Shown: positions 1 through 9,621 of the stretch, piece by piece
How positions within the stretch are numbered: the first letter of the stretch is position 1
Layout of the letters: each line of letters opens with the position of its first letter
Origin: an archaeon
GTDB lineage: Archaea > Nanobdellota > Nanobdellia > SCGC-AAA011-G17 > PNOQ01
Length of the DNA stretch: 64,000 nt
Reading direction: 5' to 3'
Assembly: GCA_018671245.1 (NCBI GenBank)
Contig: JABHIB010000002.1
Location: forward strand, 141-64,140
Position numbers and translations under genes: made by a program
Notes under the pieces: model-generated
Databases searched by the model: none
What the model saw: only the letters and a program-made list of their open reading frames with translations
What the model was told of the DNA's origin: nothing

Positions 1-2
1 GT

Positions 3-1598
3 GAAGTAAGTAATGGCGCTCCTATAAGTTTTGGTTCTACAAGTCAAACTCCATTTTGTGAAGATGGAATTTGTAATGGTGTAGAAAATTGTAATTCTTG
101 TGAACAGGATTGCGAAGTTTGTCAAGAGTGTGTTAATGATCAGTTAATAACTGGTTGGTGTGATTGTAATGGAACTAATTATCAAATAGGTTATTGTTGT
201 GAGGGAGTTTATCAAGTTGAGTTTTGTGGACAAACTCAGACAGAAGTGATAATTGATAATGATGATATAAATACTGATTCTAATGGTAATTGGTTATCTT
301 CAACACATTATCCTCTTTATTATGGTGATAACTATCTCTATTCTACTCCTGAATCTCAGGAAGGTTTGTGGTTTGAGTGGAGTACAGATAATTTATATCC
401 CGGATTGTATAATGTCCTTGTTTCATGGACAAATTCTCCAGGAAGGCCTTATGATGTTTCTTATGAAATTACTCATGCTGATGGTGTCGATTTAGTCGAG
501 AATGTAGATCATAGGGTCAGTGAAACTTTATGGAACCAGATTGGTCAATATAACTTTAGTAATGAAGGTTCTGTTAGGGTAATAAGTGGTTCTACAGGTC
601 CAAGTGAGGGTACTTGTGCTGATGCTGTCAAATTTTTTAAAGTTGATAACTCAGGCTGTACTTCGGATTCTCAGTGTACTGATTATGATATTTGTACTGA
701 TGATGTTTGTTCTAATGGAGTTTGTCAAAATAATAACAATGTTGCTCCTTGTGATGATAGTGATCTTTGTACTGAAAATGATGTTTGTTCTAATGGGATT
801 TGTGAGGGGACCTTGAAAGATTGTTCTGGAAATGATTTTGATGAGATTGCTAGTTGTAATGGTGTTCCTGATGGATTGAACTTTACATGGGATTATCTTG
901 CCGAGTTTGATTCTGTTTGTCAGACAGGAGTTTGTACAATTGGAGATAGTACATTGGAACATAGTTGCAACATTGAAATTTGCGGTGCTGAGTGTGAGAG
1001 TGATATTGGTTGTCAGGATACAAATCCTCTTACTGAAGATTTTTGTAATTCTAGTTGTGAATGTGAACATATATCTCAAGAAATTATATCTCAAACTATA
1101 ATAATTAAATCAGGTTGGAATGTTATTTCTGTTAATATATCAACTAATTTACCCTCTTCTGAATTAGAACCTCATTTAGTATTATCGTATGGTGAGAGAG
1201 GTTGGGAAAGAGTTTCTGAAGTTTTGGAACCTTTAAAGGCATATTATGTTTATTCTGTTTCTAGCGAGGATATTATTTATCCTTTTGAAGGAATTAGTTT
1301 AGGTTCAGAATATAAGTATGGTTTGATTGATATGGGCTGGAATTTATTTTCTGTTTCTATTCCTGGAACATTTAATGGATTATATCCTGAGTTTGATGAG
1401 ACTTTTGGATTATATGAAATTAACATTGTTGAAGGAGATTTTAGTTTTAATAGATTGAATGTTACTAATGATATTTTACAACCTGGCCATTATTATTGGA
1501 TTGATACAGGGAGTGAATTAGGGTCTCCATTAGGGTATCAGAGTGGGATAGTCGGGATCATTCTTGAAGTTATTAGATATTTTAAAAATATAATATAA
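3..1598 (+). CDS. 5'-truncated large secreted/surface protein with golvesin/Xly-CBD-like domain and Cys-rich repeats
   Basis: Frame is open from base 3, upstream of the listed GTG at 246. G-Y-V-V-W...WNQIGQYNF...ADAVKF is golvesin-like; CxDxDxCTxDxCxxGxC repeats; C-terminal amphipathic helix. Confidence 0.7.
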   Translation, partial: EVSNGAPISFGSTSQTPFCEDGICNGVENCNSCEQDCEVCQECVNDQLITGWCDCNGTNYQIGYCCEGVYQVEFCGQTQTEVIIDNDDINTDSNGNWLSSTHYPLYYGDNYLYSTPESQEGLWFEWSTDNLYPGLYNVLVSWTNSPGRPYDVSYEITHADGVDLVENVDHRVSETLWNQIGQYNFSNEGSVRVISGSTGPSEGTCADAVKFFKVDNSGCTSDSQCTDYDICTDDVCSNGVCQNNNNVAPCDDSDLCTENDVCSNGICEGTLKDCSGNDFDEIASCNGVPDGLNFTWDYLAEFDSVCQTGVCTIGDSTLEHSCNIEICGAECESDIGCQDTNPLTEDFCNSSCECEHISQEIISQTIIIKSGWNVISVNISTNLPSSELEPHLVLSYGERGWERVSEVLEPLKAYYVYSVSSEDIIYPFEGISLGSEYKYGLIDMGWNLFSVSIPGTFNGLYPEFDETFGLYEINIVEGDFSFNRLNVTNDILQPGHYYWIDTGSELGSPLGYQSGIVGIILEVIRYFKNII

Positions 1599-1635
1599 GA
1601 TAGTTTTAAATAGAAGTTTTTTCTTTTTTATCTTT

Positions 1636-2115
1636 ATGAAAACTATTTGTGTAACTGGTGCTGTTGGAACAGGTAAAACTGAGGTTTCTAAAAAATTGGC
1701 CAGACATTTGAAATTTGATTATTTAGATGTTACTAAATTAATAAAAAAAGAGAAAATAAGTTGTGGATATGATAAGGAAAATAAATGTGATATAATTGAT
1801 ACCAAAGAATTAAATAAAATTTTGATTAAAAAGATAAAGGAGTCAGAAGGATTAATTATCGATTCTCATATGAGTCATTATTTGCCAAAAAGAGTTGTTG
1901 ATCTTTGCATTGTTACTAAATGTGATATTGAGGTTTTAAATAAAAGATTAAAAAAGAGAAGATATTTAAAAGCAAAAATAAAATCTAATCTTGAGGCAGA
2001 GATATTTGATGTTTGTTTATTGGAAGTTAAAAAGAAAAAACACAATGTTTTAGTTATTGATACTAGTAAGGGTATAAAAATAAGGGAGATTATAAATTAT
2101 ATAAAAAATGCATGA
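1636..2115 (+). CDS. AK6/Fap7-type adenylate kinase
   Basis: P-loop GAVGTGKT, hhhDSH motif, RLKKRxY...NLEAEI. Confidence 0.85.
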   Translation: MKTICVTGAVGTGKTEVSKKLARHLKFDYLDVTKLIKKEKISCGYDKENKCDIIDTKELNKILIKKIKESEGLIIDSHMSHYLPKRVVDLCIVTKCDIEVLNKRLKKRRYLKAKIKSNLEAEIFDVCLLEVKKKKHNVLVIDTSKGIKIREIINYIKNA

Positions 2116-2845
2116 ACTTGTATATATTTTGGGAGCTACACTTTTTGTTAGTTTAATTTCGTTTGTTGGAGTTTTTACTCTTGCAATGAAGAAAAAGGAT
2201 CTAGAGAAATCAATATTATTGTTAGTTGCTCTTTCTGCAGGTGCTTTAATGGGTGGAGCTTTTCTACATTTGATTCCAGAGGCTGTTGAAAGTTCAGTTG
2301 GAGATAATGTATTTTTATTTGTATTGATAGGTTTTATAGCCTTCTTTTTTATTGAGAAAGTGCTTCATTGGAGACATTGCCACAAGGATCATTGCGAAGT
2401 ACATAGTTTTGCTTATATGAATATTTTTGGAGATGGAGTTCATAATTTTATTGATGGATTAATTATAGCTGTAAGTTTTATGATAGATGTTCAAGTAGGT
2501 ATTGTTTCAACAACTGCTATAATCTTACACGAAGTTCCGCAAGAAATTGGAGATTTCGGAGTTTTATTACACGGAGGATTTAGTAAGGTTAAGGCTCTTG
2601 TTTTAAATTTTATTTCTGCAGTTACTGCTATTGTAGGAGGAGTTGTAGGATATCTTCTGTCTGGGGTTGCTGAAACATTCACTTTAATTTTATTACCTTT
2701 TGCAGCTGGAGGATTTATTTATATAGCTGCTTCGGATTTAATTCCTGAGTTGAGACAGGAGAAAGACATCTGGAAGTCTTCGTTAATTTTTTTGGTTTTT
2801 TTGATAGGTATTTTCTTAATGTATGCAGTTAAGTTTTTAGAGTGA
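2108..2845 (+). CDS. ZIP family zinc/metal transporter
   Basis: Multi-TM; HNFIDG and HEVPQEIGD motifs; His-rich loop. Confidence 0.92.
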   Translation: MHELVYILGATLFVSLISFVGVFTLAMKKKDLEKSILLLVALSAGALMGGAFLHLIPEAVESSVGDNVFLFVLIGFIAFFFIEKVLHWRHCHKDHCEVHSFAYMNIFGDGVHNFIDGLIIAVSFMIDVQVGIVSTTAIILHEVPQEIGDFGVLLHGGFSKVKALVLNFISAVTAIVGGVVGYLLSGVAETFTLILLPFAAGGFIYIAASDLIPELRQEKDIWKSSLIFLVFLIGIFLMYAVKFLE

Positions 2846-2886
2846 TTTTAGTTAGTTTTTTAAATTAAAATTATTGTGTGTTAATT

Positions 2887-3414
2887 ATGAAACAATTTGT
2901 TTTTAAACAGGATATAGGATTTGAAAAACATCTCGGTATAGAAACTGAGAGGATTTCTATAATTGAACCTCCTGTTAAGAGTTTTCATAATATGGTTAAA
3001 AAAGCTAAAGGGCCAGTTATTATTTTGGGTGGTGATGAGAAAATCAATAGATTGGCTGTTGAGAATAAGAAAGTAAGTATTTTATTGAGTCCAGAAAGAA
3101 ATGATAGAAAAGATTCATTATTTATTAGGAGAAGTGGATTAAATCAAGTTCTTTGCAAATTGGCTGCGAAAAATAATGTTTCAGTAGGTTTTGATTTTAG
3201 TTCTGTGTTGAAAAGTTCTGAAAAAAAGCGAGCTAGGATAATTGGGAGAATGGCACAAAATGTTAAGTTGTGTAGGAAGTATAAAGTTGGAATAGTTGTT
3301 GCTAGTTTTGCTTCAAATAAATTTGAATTGAGAAGTAATGATTCTTTGAGATCTTTTTGTAAGGTCATTGGAATGGATACTAAACAAATAAAGTCGATTT
3401 TTGGAAAAATTTAA
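2887..3414 (+). CDS. rnp3: RNase P protein subunit Rpp30
   Basis: NRLAVEN...SGLNQVLCKLA...LCRKY...SFA pattern; lies near Rpp14 and psmA. Confidence 0.85.
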   Translation: MKQFVFKQDIGFEKHLGIETERISIIEPPVKSFHNMVKKAKGPVIILGGDEKINRLAVENKKVSILLSPERNDRKDSLFIRRSGLNQVLCKLAAKNNVSVGFDFSSVLKSSEKKRARIIGRMAQNVKLCRKYKVGIVVASFASNKFELRSNDSLRSFCKVIGMDTKQIKSIFGKI

Positions 3415-3451
3415 CGAAAGTTTTATAAAGATTTTACTCAATAAGTGGTAT

Positions 3452-4093
3452 ATGGAAGAAGAGGTACAAATAAATTTTGTTCGACCTATGTTGGTTCTTA
3501 AAATTAGGGAAACTTATAAGGCTCCTTATCATAAGAATAAATATATTTCTGTAAAAAAACCTGATGTTATGGATAAGTCTGGTTTTAAAAAATTGATTCA
3601 GGGATATACATCAAATTGGTCTAGCGGGATTTATGATTTACAATATTTACAATCTAAGCGAACTAAGATGTTTAATGAGATGTATGCTACTTTTGTTAGA
3701 TTCGATGTTAGAGATGGAAAAGTTGTAAAGTTTTGGAAGTTGTCGCCATATTCTAAAAAAGAATACCCTTGCTGGGAGTATTTCAGAGAGGGCCTAAGGA
3801 GAAGGAAGGAAATGAAAAAGAAAGCATTAAAGAAAAAAGCGGTGAAGAAAAAACCGGTTAAAAAGAAAGTAATTAAAAAAACAGCTGTAAAAAAGAAAGT
3901 GGTTAAGAAGAAGCTTGTTAAGAAACCAGTTGTTAAGAAAGTTATTAAGAAAAAACCGGCAAAAAAAACAGTTAAGAAAGTAGTAAAAAAAGCAGTAAAA
4001 AAGGCAGTTAAGAAAGTTGTTAAGAAGAAGCCTGTTAAGAAAAAGATTGCTAAGAAAAAAACTGTTAAGAAGAAGCCTGCTAAGAAAAAGTAA
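3452..4093 (+). CDS. hypothetical protein with histone H1-like Lys/Val/Ala/Pro-rich C-terminal tail
   Basis: About 90 aa of KKxVKK/KKPxKK repeats. ATG 3452 follows a TTTATAAA box at ~3422. Confidence 0.75.
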   Translation: MEEEVQINFVRPMLVLKIRETYKAPYHKNKYISVKKPDVMDKSGFKKLIQGYTSNWSSGIYDLQYLQSKRTKMFNEMYATFVRFDVRDGKVVKFWKLSPYSKKEYPCWEYFREGLRRRKEMKKKALKKKAVKKKPVKKKVIKKTAVKKKVVKKKLVKKPVVKKVIKKKPAKKTVKKVVKKAVKKAVKKVVKKKPVKKKIAKKKTVKKKPAKKK

Positions 4094-4110
4094 ATAACGA
4101 TCTTAAAATT

Positions 4111-4150
4111 GTGGTTTAGTTTTAAACCATTTTTATTTTTTTATTTTTTT
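4111..4150. terminator. possible terminator between convergent genes
   Basis: TGGTTTA-gttt-TAAACCA inverted repeat followed by a long T tract. Confidence 0.3.
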
Positions 4151-4158
4151 ATAAAAAA

Positions 4159-4560
4159 CTATTTGTTATATTTTTTTAGAAATTCTTGTTCATTATTAAA
4201 TTTTGGAAAATCTTTATGATGCCTTGGAGTAAGAAAACTTTCATCATCTTCATGTTTTATTCCACACCAATATATTTCACTCCTTCCTGCTATTTCTGTA
4301 GCATAGTTAAGTAATCCATTAGTGTATCCACAGTATGTGCAGTTAATTTTCTCAATTTTATTTAGATATCTTAGTTTCTTCCGGTCCATCTTTATATATT
4401 TTGATCTGTCAACTAAATCTAGATTACATAGTCTAAATCCTATATTGTGATAAAGCTCTAATGATATGTCCATTATCACTGCAGGAATAATAAAAGGATA
4501 TAAAACTAGTGCAGTCAAACTATGTTTCAATTTCATATTTTCTTTTAGCTTGTAATCCAT
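4159..4560 (-). CDS. conserved hypothetical protein with CxYC...WC motifs
   Basis: DRxKLxYLNxIEKINCxYCxYxNG...YWCxIKH pattern; N-terminal hydrophobic segment. Confidence 0.7.
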   Translation of the reverse strand: MDYKLKENMKLKHSLTALVLYPFIIPAVIMDISLELYHNIGFRLCNLDLVDRSKYIKMDRKKLRYLNKIEKINCTYCGYTNGLLNYATEIAGRSEIYWCGIKHEDDESFLTPRHHKDFPKFNNEQEFLKKYNK

Positions 4561-4724
4561 TTTATCTATAAATTATTCATATCATTTAAACTTTATTATT
4601 ATTTTTATCAAATTCTAGGTTTTTTGGTATGTATTAATTATAGAAAATTTTATAAAGTGATTTATTTTATGTTTCGTTGAATAGAGAGAAGCAAAACACG
4701 GCGACTTCTCGGGTATATAATAAT

Positions 4725-5075
4725 ATGAAACCCATGCTGCCAACACTAAAAGAAAAGAAAAGATACATTGTGTTTGAGATAATTTCAGATGAAAAGATAA
4801 GTAGTATATTAGCAAAAAAAACTATTAGTGATGATTGTTTGAAATTTCTTGGAGAATTAGGTGTATCTCGAAGTGGTTTGATGATCATAAGTGACCAATT
4901 TAAAGATAATATTGGAATAGTTAAGGCCAATAATAAGTATGTAGATGAAGTAAAAACAGCATTATCTTTAATAAAAAAGATCGATAACAAAAAAGTCATA
5001 GTAAACACAATAGGAGTATCTGGCACATTAAAAAAAGCAAAAATCAAATTTATTGAAAAAATGGAGGCAAAATAA
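4725..5075 (+). CDS. rnp2: RNase P protein subunit Rpp14/Pop5
   Basis: LPTLKEKKRYIVF...GVSGTLKKA; directly upstream of psmA; exact start uncertain. Confidence 0.9.
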   Translation: MKPMLPTLKEKKRYIVFEIISDEKISSILAKKTISDDCLKFLGELGVSRSGLMIISDQFKDNIGIVKANNKYVDEVKTALSLIKKIDNKKVIVNTIGVSGTLKKAKIKFIEKMEAK

Positions 5076-5078
5076 AAA

Positions 5079-5801
5079 ATGCAACAAGGTAACTCAGTAA
5101 CTCATCAAATGATGGGGTACGATAGGGCAAGTATGTTTAGTCCTGATGGAAGATTATTTCAGGTAGAATATGCTAAAAAGACAGTAAAACAAGGGACTGC
5201 AGTACTAGGAATGGTCTGTAGTGATGGTGTTCTTCTAGTAGCTGATAGAAGGGTTCTAGATAGATTGATAGTTTCTCAAACAGTTGAGAAAATATTTCAA
5301 GTAGATGATCATATTTCTGCTGCTGCTTGTGGTATAATGAGCGATGGTAGGATTCTTATTGAAAAATCTCAACTTTTAGCACAGCAACATAAGGTTACAT
5401 ATGATGAACCTATAGATGTTAGAAGTTTAGTTAAGGATATTTGTAATACAAAACAATCATTTACACAGTATGGTGGTGCAAGGCCTTTCGGTGTTTCACT
5501 TTTGTATGCTGGAATTGATGATAAACCTAGATTATTTATGTCTGATCCCACTGGTGTTCACTGGGAATACAGGGCAAATGCTATTGGTGAATATGAGGAT
5601 GAATTAAAAGAAATTCTACTTAAAGAGTATAAAGAAACTATGACTGTTGAAGAAGGATTGAAGTTAGGTGTTGGAGCATTGAAGAGTGTTTTAGGAAAAG
5701 AGTTCAGTGTTGAAAGACTTGATGGATCATATATAAAATCTAATGAAAAGAAATTTCATAGGATCACTAAAGAAGGCTTTAAGAAAATTTTGAGGAAATA
5801 A
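5079..5801 (+). CDS. psmA: proteasome alpha subunit
   Basis: GYDRASMFSPDGRLFQVEYA signature; RPFGVSLL. Confidence 0.97.
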   Translation: MQQGNSVTHQMMGYDRASMFSPDGRLFQVEYAKKTVKQGTAVLGMVCSDGVLLVADRRVLDRLIVSQTVEKIFQVDDHISAAACGIMSDGRILIEKSQLLAQQHKVTYDEPIDVRSLVKDICNTKQSFTQYGGARPFGVSLLYAGIDDKPRLFMSDPTGVHWEYRANAIGEYEDELKEILLKEYKETMTVEEGLKLGVGALKSVLGKEFSVERLDGSYIKSNEKKFHRITKEGFKKILRK

Positions 5802-5802
5802 A

Positions 5803-6504
5803 ATGACTAATATTGAAGATGCAGTAATTGCTAGGTTAAAAACGCACGGACAAAATTTTGAGATTCTTGTAGATTGTGAAAAAGCTATAGCGTATAAACA
5901 AGGAAATGCTGAATTAAGTGATGCACTTGTTTCTGATGCTATCTATAAAGATACCAAAAAAGGAGAGCAAGCATCTGAAAGTGATTTAAAAGAAATTTTT
6001 GGTAGTGAGGATGTTAACCAAATCTCTGAAAAAATAATCAAAGATGGTGAGATTCAACTTACTACAGAGTATAGAACAAAGTTAAGAGAGAGTAAGAAGA
6101 AAGAAGTGATTGATTTAATAGTCAGAAATGCTATGGATCCTAAAACTGGATTACCTCATCCTCCTCAAAGAATTGAGAATGCGATGAATGAAGCAGGAAT
6201 TAAGATTGATGAGTTTAAAAACGCTGAATCTCAAATAAAAGACATAGTTAAAGGCATGACTTCGGTTTTGCCTATTAGTTATGAATTGAAGAGAGTGGCT
6301 TTTACTGTTCCTGCAGAATTTACTGGGGCTAGTTATGCTGTTTTTAAAAGATATGGCACTATCCTCAAGGAAGATTGGCAAAATGATGGAAGTTTAGTTG
6401 TCCAAGTTGAAGTTCCAGCTGGATTACAAAATAAATTGTTTGATGACATTAATCATTTGACTCAAGGAAGAATTGAGTCACAAGTAATAGAAAAGAAAGA
6501 ATAA
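5803..6504 (+). CDS. ribosome maturation factor SBDS/Sdo1
   Basis: ARLKTHGQNFEILVD, PHPPQRIENAM; conserved synteny. Confidence 0.95.
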   Translation: MTNIEDAVIARLKTHGQNFEILVDCEKAIAYKQGNAELSDALVSDAIYKDTKKGEQASESDLKEIFGSEDVNQISEKIIKDGEIQLTTEYRTKLRESKKKEVIDLIVRNAMDPKTGLPHPPQRIENAMNEAGIKIDEFKNAESQIKDIVKGMTSVLPISYELKRVAFTVPAEFTGASYAVFKRYGTILKEDWQNDGSLVVQVEVPAGLQNKLFDDINHLTQGRIESQVIEKKE

Positions 6505-6509
6505 AAATT

Positions 6510-7211
6510 ATGGAGAAAAAAATGACGAGCAAATTATTATTTAAGGAAAGGGGCTTAGTTATACCGGGTCAAGAATTGGCTGCAGGTATGGACTATTTGC
6601 CTGGAGTTGGCACTCTTCGAAGTGGAGATAATATAGTGTCAACATCTGTTGGACTTGGAGACGTAAACGGAAAAGTTATTAGAGTAATTCCGTTAAAAGG
6701 AAAGTATATCCCTAAAGTTGGAGATACAGTAATAGGAAAAGTATCAGATATTCTGATTTCCGGATGGAGATTAAATATTGGTTGGGCTTTTTTAGCAGGT
6801 TTAAGACTTGCTGAAGCAAGCAGAGATTATATACCAAATGATGCTGATCTTTCTAGATATTTTAATGTTGGGGAATATGTTGTTTGTAAAATTACAAAAA
6901 TTTCAGGCACTAAATTTATTGATGTTACTGCAAAAGGTCCTGGTTTGAGAAAATTAGGTAAGGGCAGAGTCATAAGTTGTCAATCAACAAAAGTTCCTAG
7001 AATTATTGGAAAGCAAGGTAGTATGATTTCTACAATCAAAGAAGCTACTGGTTGCAATATAACTGTAGGACAAAATGGAATTGTTTGGATTTCAGGAGAA
7101 GATTCTAAGATGGAATTTTTAGTTGAAAAAGCAATTAGAAAGATAGAAAATGAATCACACAAATCTGGATTGACTGAAACAATTGGTCAGTTCTTAGAGG
7201 AGAATAAGTAA
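6510..7211 (+). CDS. rrp4: exosome RNA-binding protein Rrp4
   Basis: S1 + KH domains; YIPKVGDTVIG, VPRIIGKQGSMI. Confidence 0.95.
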   Translation: MEKKMTSKLLFKERGLVIPGQELAAGMDYLPGVGTLRSGDNIVSTSVGLGDVNGKVIRVIPLKGKYIPKVGDTVIGKVSDILISGWRLNIGWAFLAGLRLAEASRDYIPNDADLSRYFNVGEYVVCKITKISGTKFIDVTAKGPGLRKLGKGRVISCQSTKVPRIIGKQGSMISTIKEATGCNITVGQNGIVWISGEDSKMEFLVEKAIRKIENESHKSGLTETIGQFLEENK

Positions 7212-7212
7212 A

Positions 7213-7929
7213 ATGGCAAAGAAATTTCAAAGAAATGATAAAAGAAAAATAGATGAAATTAGGCCAATGGAAGCAAAAGTTGGAGTAGTTCCATCTGCTG
7301 AAGGAAGCGCTATGTTCAAAATGGGAAAGACTATAGCTATTGCTGCAGTTAGAGGACCTAGACAAGTTGTTCCTGCACACAAACAAAAGTCAGATAGGGG
7401 ATTATTAAGATGTACATATGATCTTATGAGCTTTTCAGTTAATGATAGGAAAAGACCTGGTCCAAGTAGAAGAAGTAGTGAGATATCTATGGTAATTGAG
7501 AATTCTTTGTTACCGGCTATGGATCTATCAAAACTGCCTTATACTTCTGTTGATTTATATGTTTATATAACTCAAGCAGATGCTGGAACAAGATGTGTTG
7601 GTATAAATGCAGCTTCTTTAGCACTTGCAGATGCTGGAATTCCTATGAAGGAATTGGTTTCTGCTGTTGCTGTTGGTAAAGTTGATGGAAATGTTATTCT
7701 TGATTTAGATAAGTTTGAAGAAGATCAAGGTGAGTTCCCAACTGATATTCCTATAGCAATGATGCCTAAAGTTGGAAAAATAACTCTTTTACAGTTAGAT
7801 GGAAAAGTTTCTCAAAAAGAATTGGATGAAGCTATGAAACTTGCTGAGAAGGGTTGTAAGGATGCACAAGAAGTTATGGAAGAAGCATTTCGTGTCAAAT
7901 ATGATTTGGATGGAGGGAAGAAAGAATGA
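7213..7929 (+). CDS. rrp41: exosome phosphorolytic subunit Rrp41
   Basis: RNase PH fold; ADAGTRC and DLDKFEED motifs. Confidence 0.95.
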   Translation: MAKKFQRNDKRKIDEIRPMEAKVGVVPSAEGSAMFKMGKTIAIAAVRGPRQVVPAHKQKSDRGLLRCTYDLMSFSVNDRKRPGPSRRSSEISMVIENSLLPAMDLSKLPYTSVDLYVYITQADAGTRCVGINAASLALADAGIPMKELVSAVAVGKVDGNVILDLDKFEEDQGEFPTDIPIAMMPKVGKITLLQLDGKVSQKELDEAMKLAEKGCKDAQEVMEEAFRVKYDLDGGKKE

Positions 7930-8696
7930 AAAGTTACATAAAATCTTTAATAGAAAATGGTCAGAGAGTTGATGGAAGAAAATTAACTGATGTTAGAGAT
8001 ATTGTCATAACAAATGATGTTTCTACTAAAGCTGAGGGTTCAGCTAGAGTTAAGTGGGGAGATACAGAAGTAATTGCTGGTGTTAAAATGTCAGTTGGTA
8101 CACCTTATGGTGATTCTCCTGATAAGGGAACTTTAATGGTTACTTCAGAACTTTTACCAATGGCAAATGAAGCTTTTTCAGCTGGTCCTCCTTCAATTGA
8201 GTCTATTGAATTAGCTAGAGTAATTGATAGAGGAATTAGAGAGTCTAATATGATAGATTTGAAAAAATTATGTATTAAAGAAGGAGAAGCTGTTTGGACA
8301 GTTTTTGTTGATTTATATATAATTAATGATGCTGGTAATATTCTAGATGCTGCTGCTTTGGCTGCTGTTTCTGCATTAAAGGATTCATTAATTCCTACAT
8401 TGGAAGAAGGTAATAAAGTTGATTACGATACTCCAACAAAGAATAAGTTGCCTTTGATTGAAGATAGAATACCTTTAACTTCAACTGTATTTAAGAGTGG
8501 AAATAAATTATTTGTTGATCCAGTTTTAGAAGAAACAAGTGAAGTTGATGCAAGAGTAACGATAGGAATCTCAGCAAGTGGAGATATCAATGCTATGCAA
8601 AAAGGTGGAGCAGGTTTTTTCACAATAGATGAAGTTAATGAAGCTGTAAAGATGGCTAAGGTTGTCACAGATTCGTTGAGGAAGATTTTAAAGTGA
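7926..8696 (+). CDS. rrp42: exosome subunit Rrp42
   Basis: RVDGRK...AEGSARV...ELARVIDRGIRES. Confidence 0.95.
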   Translation: MKSYIKSLIENGQRVDGRKLTDVRDIVITNDVSTKAEGSARVKWGDTEVIAGVKMSVGTPYGDSPDKGTLMVTSELLPMANEAFSAGPPSIESIELARVIDRGIRESNMIDLKKLCIKEGEAVWTVFVDLYIINDAGNILDAAALAAVSALKDSLIPTLEEGNKVDYDTPTKNKLPLIEDRIPLTSTVFKSGNKLFVDPVLEETSEVDARVTIGISASGDINAMQKGGAGFFTIDEVNEAVKMAKVVTDSLRKILK

Positions 8697-8884
8697 AACA
8701 CACAAAGTATGAAAAAGCAAGAATAATTGGTGCTAGGTCTCTGCAGTTAGCTGCAGGGGCACCAGTATTGATTAAATTGTCTAAAGCTGAATTGGAGTCT
8801 ATTAATTTTAGTACTGTTAAAATCGCAGAACTTGAGTATGAAAAGAAAGTCTTGCCAATTAGTATTAAAAGACAGTTAGCTTAA
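8693..8884 (+). CDS. rpoK: RNA polymerase subunit K (Rpo6)
   Basis: TKYEKARIIGARSLQL signature. Confidence 0.95.
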   Translation: MKHTKYEKARIIGARSLQLAAGAPVLIKLSKAELESINFSTVKIAELEYEKKVLPISIKRQLA

Positions 8885-8897
8885 TTCATTTTTAAAG

Positions 8898-9578
8898 ATG
8901 AAATACAAAATTGGTAATATCAACCCTATTGATTTTTCTTTTTTTATCGGAGGCATAGAGTTTTTTGCTTTGTTTTTAATGGGGCTTTTTATTTTCAATT
9001 TTGATATAATTATTAGTAATACTTTTTATGGATTTCCAATAGGTTTTTTTGGAACTTTTATGTTGTTAATTATTTTTAATTATTTTTGTAGTAAAACTAG
9101 ATATGGTCTTAGATTATCTTGCTGTAATGAGAAAAAACTTGTTAAGAAAGTAGAGCCTTGGTCTGCTTCTATTATTGGAGGAATATTCTTATTTATTTTA
9201 TTTGTTATTCAGAGTTATTACCCTTGGATTCCTAATTATGGATTTTATTATGGTAGAATTTTAATGGGATTTTTTGCAACTTTTGTTGCTGTTATCGCAG
9301 GTACTTTTCTATATAATTATAATCCCTTAAAATTTAGAATTTGGTTTGGAGATAAATTATTCATTCTAAATAAAGTTAGTGTTTTGAAGGTGGGTCTGTT
9401 TGTTTCTTTTATGGAGGCAATGATCTTGCCAATTATGTTTTTTTTTCTTTCCCATTCCCATTCTACTATTTTATATGCTTTTTCTGGATTTTTCGCAGGA
9501 GCGATTGCCGCATTTGTTAGCTCTTTATGTTATAATCGTTTTGCTGGAAAAAGGTTTCAGATTGAATTTAGTGTCTAA
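8898..9578 (+). CDS. multi-pass membrane protein with three DUF3566-like repeats
   Basis: Three units, each two TM helices ending in (F/Y)N followed by a short beta-like segment. Confidence 0.6.
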   Translation: MKYKIGNINPIDFSFFIGGIEFFALFLMGLFIFNFDIIISNTFYGFPIGFFGTFMLLIIFNYFCSKTRYGLRLSCCNEKKLVKKVEPWSASIIGGIFLFILFVIQSYYPWIPNYGFYYGRILMGFFATFVAVIAGTFLYNYNPLKFRIWFGDKLFILNKVSVLKVGLFVSFMEAMILPIMFFFLSHSHSTILYAFSGFFAGAIAAFVSSLCYNRFAGKRFQIEFSV

Positions 9579-9621
9579 ATCAACAAAATCTTTATAAGTA
9601 AATATTCTACTTGTTAATCTA

